Origin: Actinomycetota bacterium
GTDB taxonomy: Bacteria > Actinomycetota > Acidimicrobiia > IMCC26256 > VFJJ01
Assembly: GCA_009886115.1 (NCBI GenBank)
Contig: VFJJ01000100.1
Coordinates: 1 to 56,154 of the forward strand
Length of the DNA stretch: 56,154 nucleotides
Direction of reading: 5' to 3'
Position 1 is the first letter of the stretch. Each line of letters starts with the position of its first letter. Positions 28,636 through 36,885 of the stretch are shown one piece after another. The notes beneath the pieces were generated by a model. The model ran no database searches. It was not told the DNA's origin and saw nothing but the letters and a program-made list of their open reading frames with translations. The position numbers and the translations under genes are program-made.

Positions 28636-28653
28636 GCGTAGTGATCACTATGC
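28636..28653. promoter_or_regulatory. Second candidate TetR operator
   Basis: GCGTAG-TGATCA-CTATGC; shares CRTAG-N6-CTATG with 27428-27443. Confidence 0.55.
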
Positions 28654-28661
28654 TTTCAGAC

Positions 28662-28991
28662 CACGACCGTTCCCGCAAGCACGCCCACCACCCAGCCCAG
28701 ACTGGCGCGACGACCAAGGAGATCATGGCCCGGCTCGGTCACGCCAGCCCCAGGGCGTCCATGATCTGCCAGCACGCCACGAGCGACCGGGACCGGCTCA
28801 TCGCCGAGCGGCTCGCCGATATGACCGTCGCCGCGGGGCTCGCACAGGTCCTGCCGTTCACGCAGCGAGACCAGATGGACCAGATGGACCAGATGGCACG
28901 CGCAGAGCGTGAAGAGATCTGGCACGAATCGGGCAGGATCCGATGCGCTGAGGCGGCCTCGGCGGGCCCGACCCACGCTGACCAGCGATGA
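28662..28991 (+). pseudogene. Tyrosine recombinase/integrase C-terminal remnant
   Basis: GATTKEIMARLGHASPRASMICQHATSDRDRLIAERL. The catalytic Tyr codon is TGC (28767-28769), the HDLRH box is degraded, the N-terminus is missing, and it abuts the tRNA-Phe 3' end. Confidence 0.85.
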
Positions 28992-28996
28992 TGAGG

Positions 28997-29069
28997 TGGC
29001 CAGGACCGGCGTCGATCCGGTGACCTCGCGCTTTTCAGGCGCGCGCTCTACCAACTGAGCTACCCGGCC
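28997..29069 (-). tRNA. tRNA-Phe(GAA)
   Basis: Cloverleaf GGCCGGG...CTGAAAA...ACCGG ATCGACG CCGGT CCTGGCC A; CCA not encoded. Confidence 0.96.
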
Positions 29070-29073
29070 GGGC

Positions 29074-29107
29074 GACCGTCGCCTCCCCCGAGGGGGAGGC
29101 GACGGTC
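29074..29107. repeat. GC-rich hairpin filling the tRNA-Asp/tRNA-Phe spacer
   Basis: GACCGTCGCCTCCCCC-GA-GGGGGAGGCGACGGTC, perfect 16-bp inverted repeat. Confidence 0.85.
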
Positions 29108-29109
29108 AG

Positions 29110-29184
29110 CGGTCCTGACGGGATTTGAACCCGCGGCCTCCGCCTTGACAGGGCGGCGTGCACTCCAAACTGCACCACAGGACC
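29110..29184 (-). tRNA. tRNA-Asp(GTC)
   Basis: GGTCCTG...CCGCC CTGTCAA GGCGG...TTCAAAT...CAGGACC G. Confidence 0.96.
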
Positions 29185-29262
29185 TTGTGGGGGTGATGCC
29201 GGTGCTGCGGATGCTCTCGCTGCGGTATGCGGTGCTCGATGTTGCGGACTGCTGGGACCTCG

Positions 29263-29335
29263 CACCCCCAAGGGGATTCGAACCCCCGTCGCCGCCTTGA
29301 AAGGGCGGTGTCCTAGGCCGCTGGACGATGGGGGC
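29263..29335 (-). tRNA. tRNA-Glu(TTC)
   Basis: GCCCCCA...CCGCC CTTTCAA GGCGG...TTCGAAT...TGGGGGT G. Confidence 0.96.
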
Positions 29336-29479
29336 CTGGTGTGCCTGCAGGGCAGGTGGGATCGTAGCAGGCGCGGGTGCTCGGATCTCCAGCCGATTCC
29401 TGGGTCGGGCCCGGCCACGAATCGGCCGTGGCGATCGGCCCGACGCCCACCGGCACGGTGGCTGTACCCTCGGGCCTCC

Positions 29480-29552
29480 GGGCCGCTAGCTCACTTGGTA
29501 GAGCAACGGACTTTTAATCCGCAGGTACTGGGTTCGATCCCCAGGCGGCCCA
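29480..29552 (+). tRNA. tRNA-Lys(TTT)
   Basis: GGGCCGC...ACGGA CTTTTAA TCCGC...TTCGATC...GCGGCCC A; A-C mismatch at the top of the anticodon stem. Confidence 0.94.
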
Positions 29553-29568
29553 CACAAAATAGCTGGTC

Positions 29569-29619
29569 AAGTGGGGTGAACGAGCCAGCGAAGAACGGTC
29601 GTAGGGTCCGTGCCGCGAA
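29569..29619 (+). repeat. Left copy of degenerate direct repeat (candidate island boundary)
   Basis: GGGGTGAACGAGCCAGCGAAG (29573-29593) is identical to 55011-55031, with gapped similarity over about 50 bp. Confidence 0.8.
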
Positions 29620-29632
29620 TCTGCCGCGAATC

Positions 29633-29794
29633 TCGAGGAGGGGTTCGATGGGTACCGGCGGTCTCTGCCCCCACTGCGACGAACCCGTCGCCCACAACGA
29701 CCTCACCCAAGGAGCCGCCATCGACTAGACACACACGGAGCCCAGCAGGGGAATTCCGTGAACAACCCGCCAGGGAATTACGTGAACGCCGACA
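29633..29794 (+). mobile_element. IS21-family right-end remnant with tail of a small Zn-ribbon ORF
   Basis: GGGAATT(C/A)CGTGAAC repeated at 29749 and 29773, ending ...GCCGACA (TG...CA terminus). Upstream fragment GGLCPHCDEPVAHNDL. No istA/istB. Confidence 0.6.
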
Positions 29795-29899
29795 CCCGCC
29801 ACCCCGAAGACGACCGAAACCTCGGAATCGGCTTCTGACCGGCTCCGATTCCGGGCCCGTTCGAGCCTCGCCCCCTCATCCCCGCCGCCACCCGATCTG

Positions 29900-30125
29900 C
29901 TGACCGAGCGCCGGGCGCGACCGCTTGCGCTCCGATGCCCGCGGCGACCGGACTGTCTGGCTCGAGCATCACCAGGTCGTTCACTGGGCCAATGACGGCC
30001 TGACCGAACCCGAGAATCTTCTGAGTCTCGGCATCATCACCATCTCGTCCACGAGGGGCGATGGCAGATCACGTTCAATGCCCAGACCGAAGTTGTCACG
30101 CTCATCCGACCCGACCGACGCGAAA
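29900..30125 (+). pseudogene. HNH endonuclease (DUF222/13E12-type) remnant
   Basis: DRTVWLEHHQVVHWANDGLTEPENLLSL, frameshift near 30029, then RHHHHLVHEGRWQITF. Confidence 0.78.
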
Positions 30126-30333
30126 CGCAGCGTCCGCGGTGATGAGCCGGACGCGACCGTCGACCCGAGGCCGCCGCGCTCCGAACACCATCCCTGGACG
30201 ATCCGGTAGCTTGAGCGTCAAGATGTGGCTCGAAGAGTGCGCGCCCTCCGGCGGGGTACGGCAGGTTCGATGCGCAACCTCATGGACGCCTCAGGCCGGC
30301 CTCGGAACACGGTGAGAGCGGAAAGAGCTGCGG

Positions 30334-31431
30334 ATGGCCGTCGTGCGTGACTACTCATTGCTGGGACCAGATGGCAAGCGTGCGATCGAGAGCGGGCTCG
30401 CGGCTGCCCAGTGGTACCGCACGTCTGTTCCTCGCAAGCGAATGAAGGAATTGATGCAGCGGCGAGACGGCCCGGCGATCAGGGACACGGCCATCTGGCT
30501 GGCTCTGCTCGCGGCGTTCGGCGGTACGGGCGCCTACGTCTGGCCGTCCTGGTGGGCGTTGCCGCTGTTCGGCGCGTATGGCGTCCTGTACGGATCGGCG
30601 TCTGACTCTCGGTGGCACGAGTGTGGCCACGGCACCGCCTTCCGCACTCGATGGATGAACACCGCCGTGTACAACTTGGCCTGCTTCATGATCATGCGCG
30701 ACCCCACGGTCTGGCGCTGGAGCCACACCCGCCACCACACCGACACGATCATCGTGGGCCGTGACCCCGAGATCATCTCGATGCGGCCGCCCAAGCTGTT
30801 CCACATCGCCGCGAACTTCCTCGGCCTCTTCGACGTCCCGACGGCCTTTCGCCACATGGCCGTGCACGCCGTCGGCCGGCTCACGGCCGAGGAGGCGTCG
30901 TTCGTCCCCGAGACCGAGTGGTTCAGGGTGTATCGCACGGCCCGGGCCTGGCTGGTCATCTACACAGCCACCATCGCCATCTGCGTGGCGACCGCGAGCG
31001 TGCTGCCGGCGATGCTGATCGGTCTGCCCCGCATGTACGGCGCCTGGCATCACCTGGTGACCGGGCTCACTCAGCACAGCGGCCTGGCCGATGATGTCGT
31101 CGACCATCGGCTCAACACCCGCACGGTCTCCATGAACCCGATCAGCCGGTTCGTCTACTGGAACATGAACTACCACGTCGAGCACCACATGTTCCCGATG
31201 GTTCCATTCCACGCCCTGCCCCGCTTGCACGACGAGATCAAGGGCGACCTCCCGGCCCCGTCACCGAGCATCCTGGCCGCGTTCGGTGAGTTCGTCCCGG
31301 TGATGCTGCGTCAGCGCACCCACCCCGAAGCGTTCATCGAACGCGATCTTTCGAGCTGGGCGGCGGCTGGCGACACTGGTGGGGCGAACCCGAGCGCCGT
31401 GAGCGCCGCAACGACGATGGACGTATCTTGA
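30334..31431 (+). CDS. mocD: MocD-like membrane di-iron desaturase/hydroxylase
   Basis: RDYSLLG..GLAAAQWY, His boxes WHECGH, HTRHH, YHVEHH. Followed by a Rieske ferredoxin and a reductase. Confidence 0.85.
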   Translation: MAVVRDYSLLGPDGKRAIESGLAAAQWYRTSVPRKRMKELMQRRDGPAIRDTAIWLALLAAFGGTGAYVWPSWWALPLFGAYGVLYGSASDSRWHECGHGTAFRTRWMNTAVYNLACFMIMRDPTVWRWSHTRHHTDTIIVGRDPEIISMRPPKLFHIAANFLGLFDVPTAFRHMAVHAVGRLTAEEASFVPETEWFRVYRTARAWLVIYTATIAICVATASVLPAMLIGLPRMYGAWHHLVTGLTQHSGLADDVVDHRLNTRTVSMNPISRFVYWNMNYHVEHHMFPMVPFHALPRLHDEIKGDLPAPSPSILAAFGEFVPVMLRQRTHPEAFIERDLSSWAAAGDTGGANPSAVSAATTMDVS

Positions 31432-31745
31432 TGGCCACGTGGATCGAGGCGTGTGGGGCTGACGACGTCGACGCCGAGGACGTGATCCCCTTCGAGCACG
31501 ACGGTCACCCCTACGCGATCTACCGATCGCCGGCCGACGATTACCACGCGACCGACGGCTGGTGCACCCATGAGCAGACGTTGCTCAAGGACGGGCTGGT
31601 GATGGGCCACATCATCGAATGCCCCAAGCACAACGGCCGCTTCGACTACCGGACCGGTGAGGGAAAGGGAGCGCCGATCTGTGTGAACCTGCGCACCTAC
31701 CCGGTCAAGCTCGAAGGCGGCACCCTGTACATCGACGTCGACTGA
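31428..31745 (+). CDS. mocE: MocE Rieske [2Fe-2S] ferredoxin
   Basis: CTHE...IECPKHNGRFDY, GAPICVNLRTYPV. Confidence 0.9.
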   Translation: MMATWIEACGADDVDAEDVIPFEHDGHPYAIYRSPADDYHATDGWCTHEQTLLKDGLVMGHIIECPKHNGRFDYRTGEGKGAPICVNLRTYPVKLEGGTLYIDVD

Positions 31746-32990
31746 ATGGCATCAGTGACCGAAGACATCGTCATCGTGGGCGCCGGCGAGTGCGGAGCCC
31801 GGGCCGCCATGGCCCTGCGAGAGCAAGGTGCGAGAGGGACGATCACGCTCGTCGGCGACGAGTCGCTCGAGCCGTACGAGCGCCCCCCGTTGTCGAAGGC
31901 GGCCCTCACCGATGACCGGGAGCCGTCGCCCGTCACCGTGTGCGACCGCGCCCGGTTCGCCCATCTCGACATTGCATTCGAACGCGGCGTGGCCGCGACG
32001 ATGCTCGATCGTACGGCTCATGACCTTGTGCTGGCCGACGGGCGACGGCTGCACTACGACAAGGCACTCATCGCCACGGGGGCCCGGGCCCGGGTGCTGC
32101 CAGTGGCAGGAGGACACTCGATACTCACGCTGCGCACCTTCACCGAGTCGGTGGCTCTCCGATCGAGAATGACACCAGGGGCCCGTGTCGGGGTGATCGG
32201 AGCCGGCTTCATCGGACTCGAGCTCGCCGCGAGCGCCGTGACGAGAGGGTGCCAGGTGACCGTGGTCGAGATAGCGGCGAGCGTGATGGCCCGGGTCGTC
32301 CCCGCCGAGATCGCGGCGATAGTAGAAGCACGCCACCGGGATGCCGGCGTCGACCTCCGTCTGGGCACGGGTGTCGAGCACGTCGAGCACGTCGATCGAC
32401 CCCGACCTGCCCAACGACTGGTGCTCGATGACGGGACGACCGTCGATTGCGACGTGATCGTCGCTGGAGTCGGAGCGGTGGCCGACTCGGCCGTCGCCGC
32501 CGCTTCCGGCCTGACGATCGACAATGGGGTGCGTGTCGACCGGTACCTCCGCACAGACGACCCCGATATCCACGCGGCGGGCGACTGCTGCTCGTTTCCC
32601 CACCCGCTCTATGACGATCGACGGATCCGGCTCGAGGCCTGGCGCAATGCCCTCGATCAGGCTGCGGTGGTGGCCCGCAATCTGCTCGGGGCCGACGAGG
32701 CATTTGCTGCGGTCCCCTGGTTCTGGACCGACCAGTACGAACTGGGCCTGCACATCGCCGGGCTACCCGATGCTGCGGTCACGAACGTGGTTCGTGTTCG
32801 GGCCGATGGTGCGACGCTGTTGTTCGGGCTGGGCGCTGACGGGCGGCTCGTCGCCGCGAGCGGAGTCGCGCAGGGAACGGCGATCGCCAAGGACATTCGG
32901 ATCGCAGAGATGCTCATCGCTCAGCGCACCCTCCCCGACCCGAGCGCGCTCACGAATCCGGCAGTAACCCTCAAGTCCTTGCTGGTGTGA
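31746..32990 (+). CDS. mocF: MocF-like ferredoxin reductase
   Basis: GAGECG, PYERPPLSK, ATG, GAGFIGLE, AAGD, RLEAWRNA, PWFWTDQY. Confidence 0.85.
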   Translation: MASVTEDIVIVGAGECGARAAMALREQGARGTITLVGDESLEPYERPPLSKAALTDDREPSPVTVCDRARFAHLDIAFERGVAATMLDRTAHDLVLADGRRLHYDKALIATGARARVLPVAGGHSILTLRTFTESVALRSRMTPGARVGVIGAGFIGLELAASAVTRGCQVTVVEIAASVMARVVPAEIAAIVEARHRDAGVDLRLGTGVEHVEHVDRPRPAQRLVLDDGTTVDCDVIVAGVGAVADSAVAAASGLTIDNGVRVDRYLRTDDPDIHAAGDCCSFPHPLYDDRRIRLEAWRNALDQAAVVARNLLGADEAFAAVPWFWTDQYELGLHIAGLPDAAVTNVVRVRADGATLLFGLGADGRLVAASGVAQGTAIAKDIRIAEMLIAQRTLPDPSALTNPAVTLKSLLV

Positions 32991-33103
32991 GCAATGACGG
33001 GTCCAGGTCCGAAGGGGTGGCGTTGCGAACCCGGGGCCAGAGGTCGGAGCATCGAGCGGCGCACCACTCGACAGGCGTTGCACGCGTTGACGATACTGTG
33101 GCC

Positions 33104-34003
33104 GTGACCTCTCGTTCACACCACCCGGCGGGGGCTCTCGCCGAGCACGCCGATCCGGTCCTGCTCACCCCTGAACAGGCAGGCTGGGGGTACTCGGGGC
33201 TGCGCGTCGTTCGTCTCGATGCCGATATCGCCCGCACGTTCCCGACGGGCTCCGACGAGATGATCGTGCTGCCCCTGTCTGCGACGGGCGTCACGATCGT
33301 GACCGCGAGCGACGAGTTCCACCTCGAGGGCCGCTCGAGCGTCTTCGGCCGTGTCACCGACTTCGCCTATGTCGGACGTGACACCGAGCTGTGGTTGTCC
33401 TCGGCGTCCGGGGGTGAGGTCGCGCTGTGCACGGCCCGAAGCGATCGCCGCCTGCCGCCGAAATACGGTCCAGCTGACGCCGTCGCTGTCGAGATACGAG
33501 GTGCTGGCCCGGCAACTCGCCAGGTGACGAACTTCGCCAGCCCCGAAGTGTGGGACCACGCCGAGCGCATCATGTGTGTCGAGCTCCTCACACCCGACGG
33601 CAACTGGTCGAGCTACCCACCTCATCGCCACGACGACTCGCCGGAATGCCCGGTGAACAACGAGGAGATCTACTACTTCCGGATCGGCCGGGCCGGTAGC
33701 ACCGACGTCGAGCCGAACGGCTTCGGACTGCACCGCACCTATACCCCCGACGGCGCGGTCGACGACAATGTGGTCGTGCGCGATGGTGACGTGTACCTGG
33801 TACCTCGGGGTTACCACGGGCCCTGTGTTGCGGCCCCGGGTTACACCATGTATTACCTGAACATCCTCGCGGGTCCGGGCGGGACCCGGTCGATGGCGTT
33901 CTGCGACGATCCCGCCCACCACTGGGTACGTGACTCCTGGACCGGCATGCCCGTCGACCCGCGCTGTCCGATGACGTCAGCGTCTGGGCTCGTCGTACGC
34001 TGA
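33104..34003 (+). CDS. iolB: 5-deoxy-glucuronate isomerase
   Basis: AGWGYSGL, GNWSSYPPHRHD, EEIYYF, VPRGYHGP, YYLNILAGP. Start could be 32987. Confidence 0.92.
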   Translation: MTSRSHHPAGALAEHADPVLLTPEQAGWGYSGLRVVRLDADIARTFPTGSDEMIVLPLSATGVTIVTASDEFHLEGRSSVFGRVTDFAYVGRDTELWLSSASGGEVALCTARSDRRLPPKYGPADAVAVEIRGAGPATRQVTNFASPEVWDHAERIMCVELLTPDGNWSSYPPHRHDDSPECPVNNEEIYYFRIGRAGSTDVEPNGFGLHRTYTPDGAVDDNVVVRDGDVYLVPRGYHGPCVAAPGYTMYYLNILAGPGGTRSMAFCDDPAHHWVRDSWTGMPVDPRCPMTSASGLVVR

Positions 34004-34103
34004 GCGGCGAGAACAGGGCCGCACAGGCTCACCACACAGCCCCACCATGCAGCCCGCCATGCAGTGCCACCATGGAGCCCACCACCTCACGACCTGAAAG
34101 CCG

Positions 34104-35036
34104 ATGCCCCCGATGTCATTCGATCTCCTCTCCCGTGTCGCCGGAGCCCCCATCTCGTGGGGTGTGTGCGAAGTGCCCGGCTGGGGGCTCCAGCTCCCGG
34201 TCGATCGCGTGTTCAGCGAAGCGGCCGCGCTCGGTCTCACGGCTATGGAGCAGGGCGCGCTGGGATGGCTCCCGAGTGATCCTGCCGAGCAGCGCGCGAT
34301 CTTCGATCGTCACGGGATGGAGCTGATCGGAGGGTTCGTCCCGCTGGTGCTCCACGATCCGTCGCGGCTCGACGAGATGCGGGCCGAGGCCGCGCGCATC
34401 GCCGACGCCATGGTGGCGGCCGGGGGTCGGTACTTCGTGACTGCCGTGATCGCCGACACCGACGACTGGTCGCGCCCGGCCCTCGACACCGGCGCCTGGT
34501 TGGCATTGTTCCGCGGCCTCGACGAGATCGGTCGGGTGGTTGCCGATCACGGTGCCCTCCAGGTCGTTCACCCGCACGTGAACACGCTCATCGAGACGGC
34601 TGCGGAGTTCGATCGGTTCATCGACGGTTGTTCGGCCCCGGTGTGCTTCGACACCGGTCACCTGGCGATCGGGGGCGCCGACATCGTCGCTCTCGCGCGG
34701 CGGTATCACGAGCGCATCGGCCTCGTTCACCTGAAGGATGTCGACGCGTCCGTGGCCCAGCGCCAGCGCTCCGGTGAGCTGACCTTGATGGAAGGGGTCC
34801 AGCTCGGGCTGTTTCCCCCCTTGGGTGACGGCATGGTCCCGATCGCCGAGGTCATCGAGATACTGGTCGGGGCGGCATACTCCGGGTGGTACGTCATCGA
34901 GCAGGACCAAGCCATTGCCGATCATCCGGCCGCGGGCGCCGGGCCGGTCCTCGGCGTCGCCCGAAGCATCGAATACCTCCGTGGTGTCGAGCGCCAGCTC
35001 AGCGCTGGCCCCGGCCCGACGCCGGCGGGTTCGTGA
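34104..35036 (+). CDS. iolE: Inosose dehydratase-like TIM barrel (IolE/MocC)
   Basis: GAPISWGVCEVPGWG, HPHVNT, DTGHL, HLKDV, WYVIEQD. Confidence 0.82.
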   Translation: MPPMSFDLLSRVAGAPISWGVCEVPGWGLQLPVDRVFSEAAALGLTAMEQGALGWLPSDPAEQRAIFDRHGMELIGGFVPLVLHDPSRLDEMRAEAARIADAMVAAGGRYFVTAVIADTDDWSRPALDTGAWLALFRGLDEIGRVVADHGALQVVHPHVNTLIETAAEFDRFIDGCSAPVCFDTGHLAIGGADIVALARRYHERIGLVHLKDVDASVAQRQRSGELTLMEGVQLGLFPPLGDGMVPIAEVIEILVGAAYSGWYVIEQDQAIADHPAAGAGPVLGVARSIEYLRGVERQLSAGPGPTPAGS

Positions 35037-35992
35037 GTCGAACGACGATGCCGGCCCTCGAGCTCCTGACCGTCGGACGCATTTGCGTCGACCTCTACCC
35101 TGAGCAACTCCACGTCCCGTTGCGTGATATCCAGTCGTTCCGCAAGTCGATCGGAGGCACCGCGACGAACGTCGCCGTCGCGTGCGCCCGTCTCGGTCAT
35201 CGCACTGCCGTGTTCACCCGGGTCGGCACCGACGCGTTCGGGGAGTACATCGAGTGGTCGCTGTCGGAGCGATTCGGAGTCGACACCTCCTTCGTCGGTC
35301 GTGATCCTGAGATGCTGACGCCCCTTGCCTTCGCCGAGCTGAGCGACCCCGGTGAGCCCGGGATCATCTTCTATCGCCAGCCCCAGGCACCAGACATGCG
35401 CATCGAGCCCAGCGAAGTCGACCGCGAGGTCGTTGAGTCGGTCCCGATCCTGTGGTTTCCGACCTCGTGCCTCTCGGCCGAGCCCAGCCGATCGACAATC
35501 CACGAGCTGCTGTCATGGCGTGACCGTCGCGTTCACACGATCCTCGATCTCGACTGGCGTCACCAGTTCTGGAGCGACCCGTCCGACGCGACCCGTGAGC
35601 TCGATCGGGTGCTCGACCACGTGACGATGGCGATCGGTAACCGGGCCGAATGCGACGTGGCGGTGGGCGAGACCGATCCGCAGCGGGCGGCCGAGGCCCT
35701 CCTGGCCCGAGGGCTCACCGCGGCGATCGTGAAGATGGGCGCCGATGGTGTGCTGGTGGCGACCCGTGACGGCGCGATGGAGCGGATCGCCCCGCATCCA
35801 GTCGATGTGGTGTGCGGGCTCGGCGCCGGCGACGCCTTCGGAGGAGCCCTGTGTCACGGGTTGCTCGCCGGTTGGGATCTCCCGGCGTGTGCCCGTGCCG
35901 GAAACGTGGCGGGTGCCATCGTGGCCTCTCGCTTGATGTGTGCCGATGACATGCCCTACCTCGAGGAGATCGATGCCCTTCTTGACCGATGA
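35033..35992 (+). CDS. iolC: 5-dehydro-2-deoxygluconokinase
   Basis: GRICVDLYP, GGTATNVAVA, LDLDWR, GLGAGDAFGG. Confidence 0.9.
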   Translation: MSRTTMPALELLTVGRICVDLYPEQLHVPLRDIQSFRKSIGGTATNVAVACARLGHRTAVFTRVGTDAFGEYIEWSLSERFGVDTSFVGRDPEMLTPLAFAELSDPGEPGIIFYRQPQAPDMRIEPSEVDREVVESVPILWFPTSCLSAEPSRSTIHELLSWRDRRVHTILDLDWRHQFWSDPSDATRELDRVLDHVTMAIGNRAECDVAVGETDPQRAAEALLARGLTAAIVKMGADGVLVATRDGAMERIAPHPVDVVCGLGAGDAFGGALCHGLLAGWDLPACARAGNVAGAIVASRLMCADDMPYLEEIDALLDR

Positions 35993-36869
35993 GCGTTGGG
36001 CCGAACTCATCGCCCGTCGCGGCGAGCGGCCCTGGAGCGCACGCGAGGCGCTGCGTGGTCGCCGCCGCCGCCCCTTGCTCACCGATGGCCGGATGTTCAT
36101 CGTGGCCGCCGATCACAGTGCACGCGGGATCCTCGGCATCCCGAGCGATCCGTACGCCATCGCCGACCGTCGGCGGACCCTGGAGGCGCTGCTGAACGCG
36201 CTCGACAATCCCGGTGTCGACGGGGTTCTCGGCAGCGCCGACATCCTCGAAGAGCTGGCCCTGCTCGGGGCGCTCGACGACAAGCTGGCATTCGGCACCA
36301 TGAACCGTGGTGGCCTGGCCGGCGCGAGCTGGGAGCTCGACGACAGGATGACGGCCTACGACGTGGCATCGATCGCCGAGAACGGCCTCGACGGCGCCAA
36401 GGTGCTGTTGCGCATCGCCGATGACGATCCGGCCACGGCCTCGGTGCTCGAGGCCTGTGCCCAGGCGGTGTCGGAGTGCGCCCGGCGAGGGCTGCCGATC
36501 CTGGTCGAGCCTCTGCCGTTCCACCGCGATGCGTCGGGTGCGGCCAAGCTGCTCGACGACGACGATGCCTTGCTCAGAGCCGTGGGCGTGGGCGCGGCCC
36601 TCGGAGGCTCATCGAGCGCGACCTGGTTGAAGGTGCCGGCATCGAAGGACCCGGCCCGGATGCTCTCGACCACAACCTTGCCGGCGTTGATTCTCGGGGG
36701 CACCCCAGGCTCCGACCCCGAGGCCACGTACGCCTCCTGGGCCCGCGCGATGGATGTTCCGAACGTCCGTGGCCTCGTGGTCGGCCGCTCCTTGCTCTAC
36801 CCAGCCGACGGGGATGTCGCCGGGGCCATCAAGCGGGCATGCGAGATCGTCCGTCCATCGGGCGGATGA
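35973..36869 (+). CDS. Class I aldolase-like TIM barrel (Cgl0159-like, probable IolJ substitute)
   Basis: AADHSARG, MNRGGLAGASWELDDR, TWLKVP (Schiff-base Lys), GLVVGRSLLYP. Follows iolC. Confidence 0.8.
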   Translation: MPFLTDERWAELIARRGERPWSAREALRGRRRRPLLTDGRMFIVAADHSARGILGIPSDPYAIADRRRTLEALLNALDNPGVDGVLGSADILEELALLGALDDKLAFGTMNRGGLAGASWELDDRMTAYDVASIAENGLDGAKVLLRIADDDPATASVLEACAQAVSECARRGLPILVEPLPFHRDASGAAKLLDDDDALLRAVGVGAALGGSSSATWLKVPASKDPARMLSTTTLPALILGGTPGSDPEATYASWARAMDVPNVRGLVVGRSLLYPADGDVAGAIKRACEIVRPSGG

Positions 36870-36885
36870 TCGTATGGTTGACGGC

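Noticed and set aside
29005..29021. Non-standard T-loop (ATCGACG) in tRNA-Phe as a sign of a pseudogene
   Set aside because: This variant is usual in actinobacterial tRNA-Phe, and all stems pair.
30334..31431. Ordinary membrane-lipid fatty acid desaturase
   Set aside because: The N-terminal RDYSLLG signature and coupling to a MocE-type Rieske protein, a reductase and iol genes fit MocD better.
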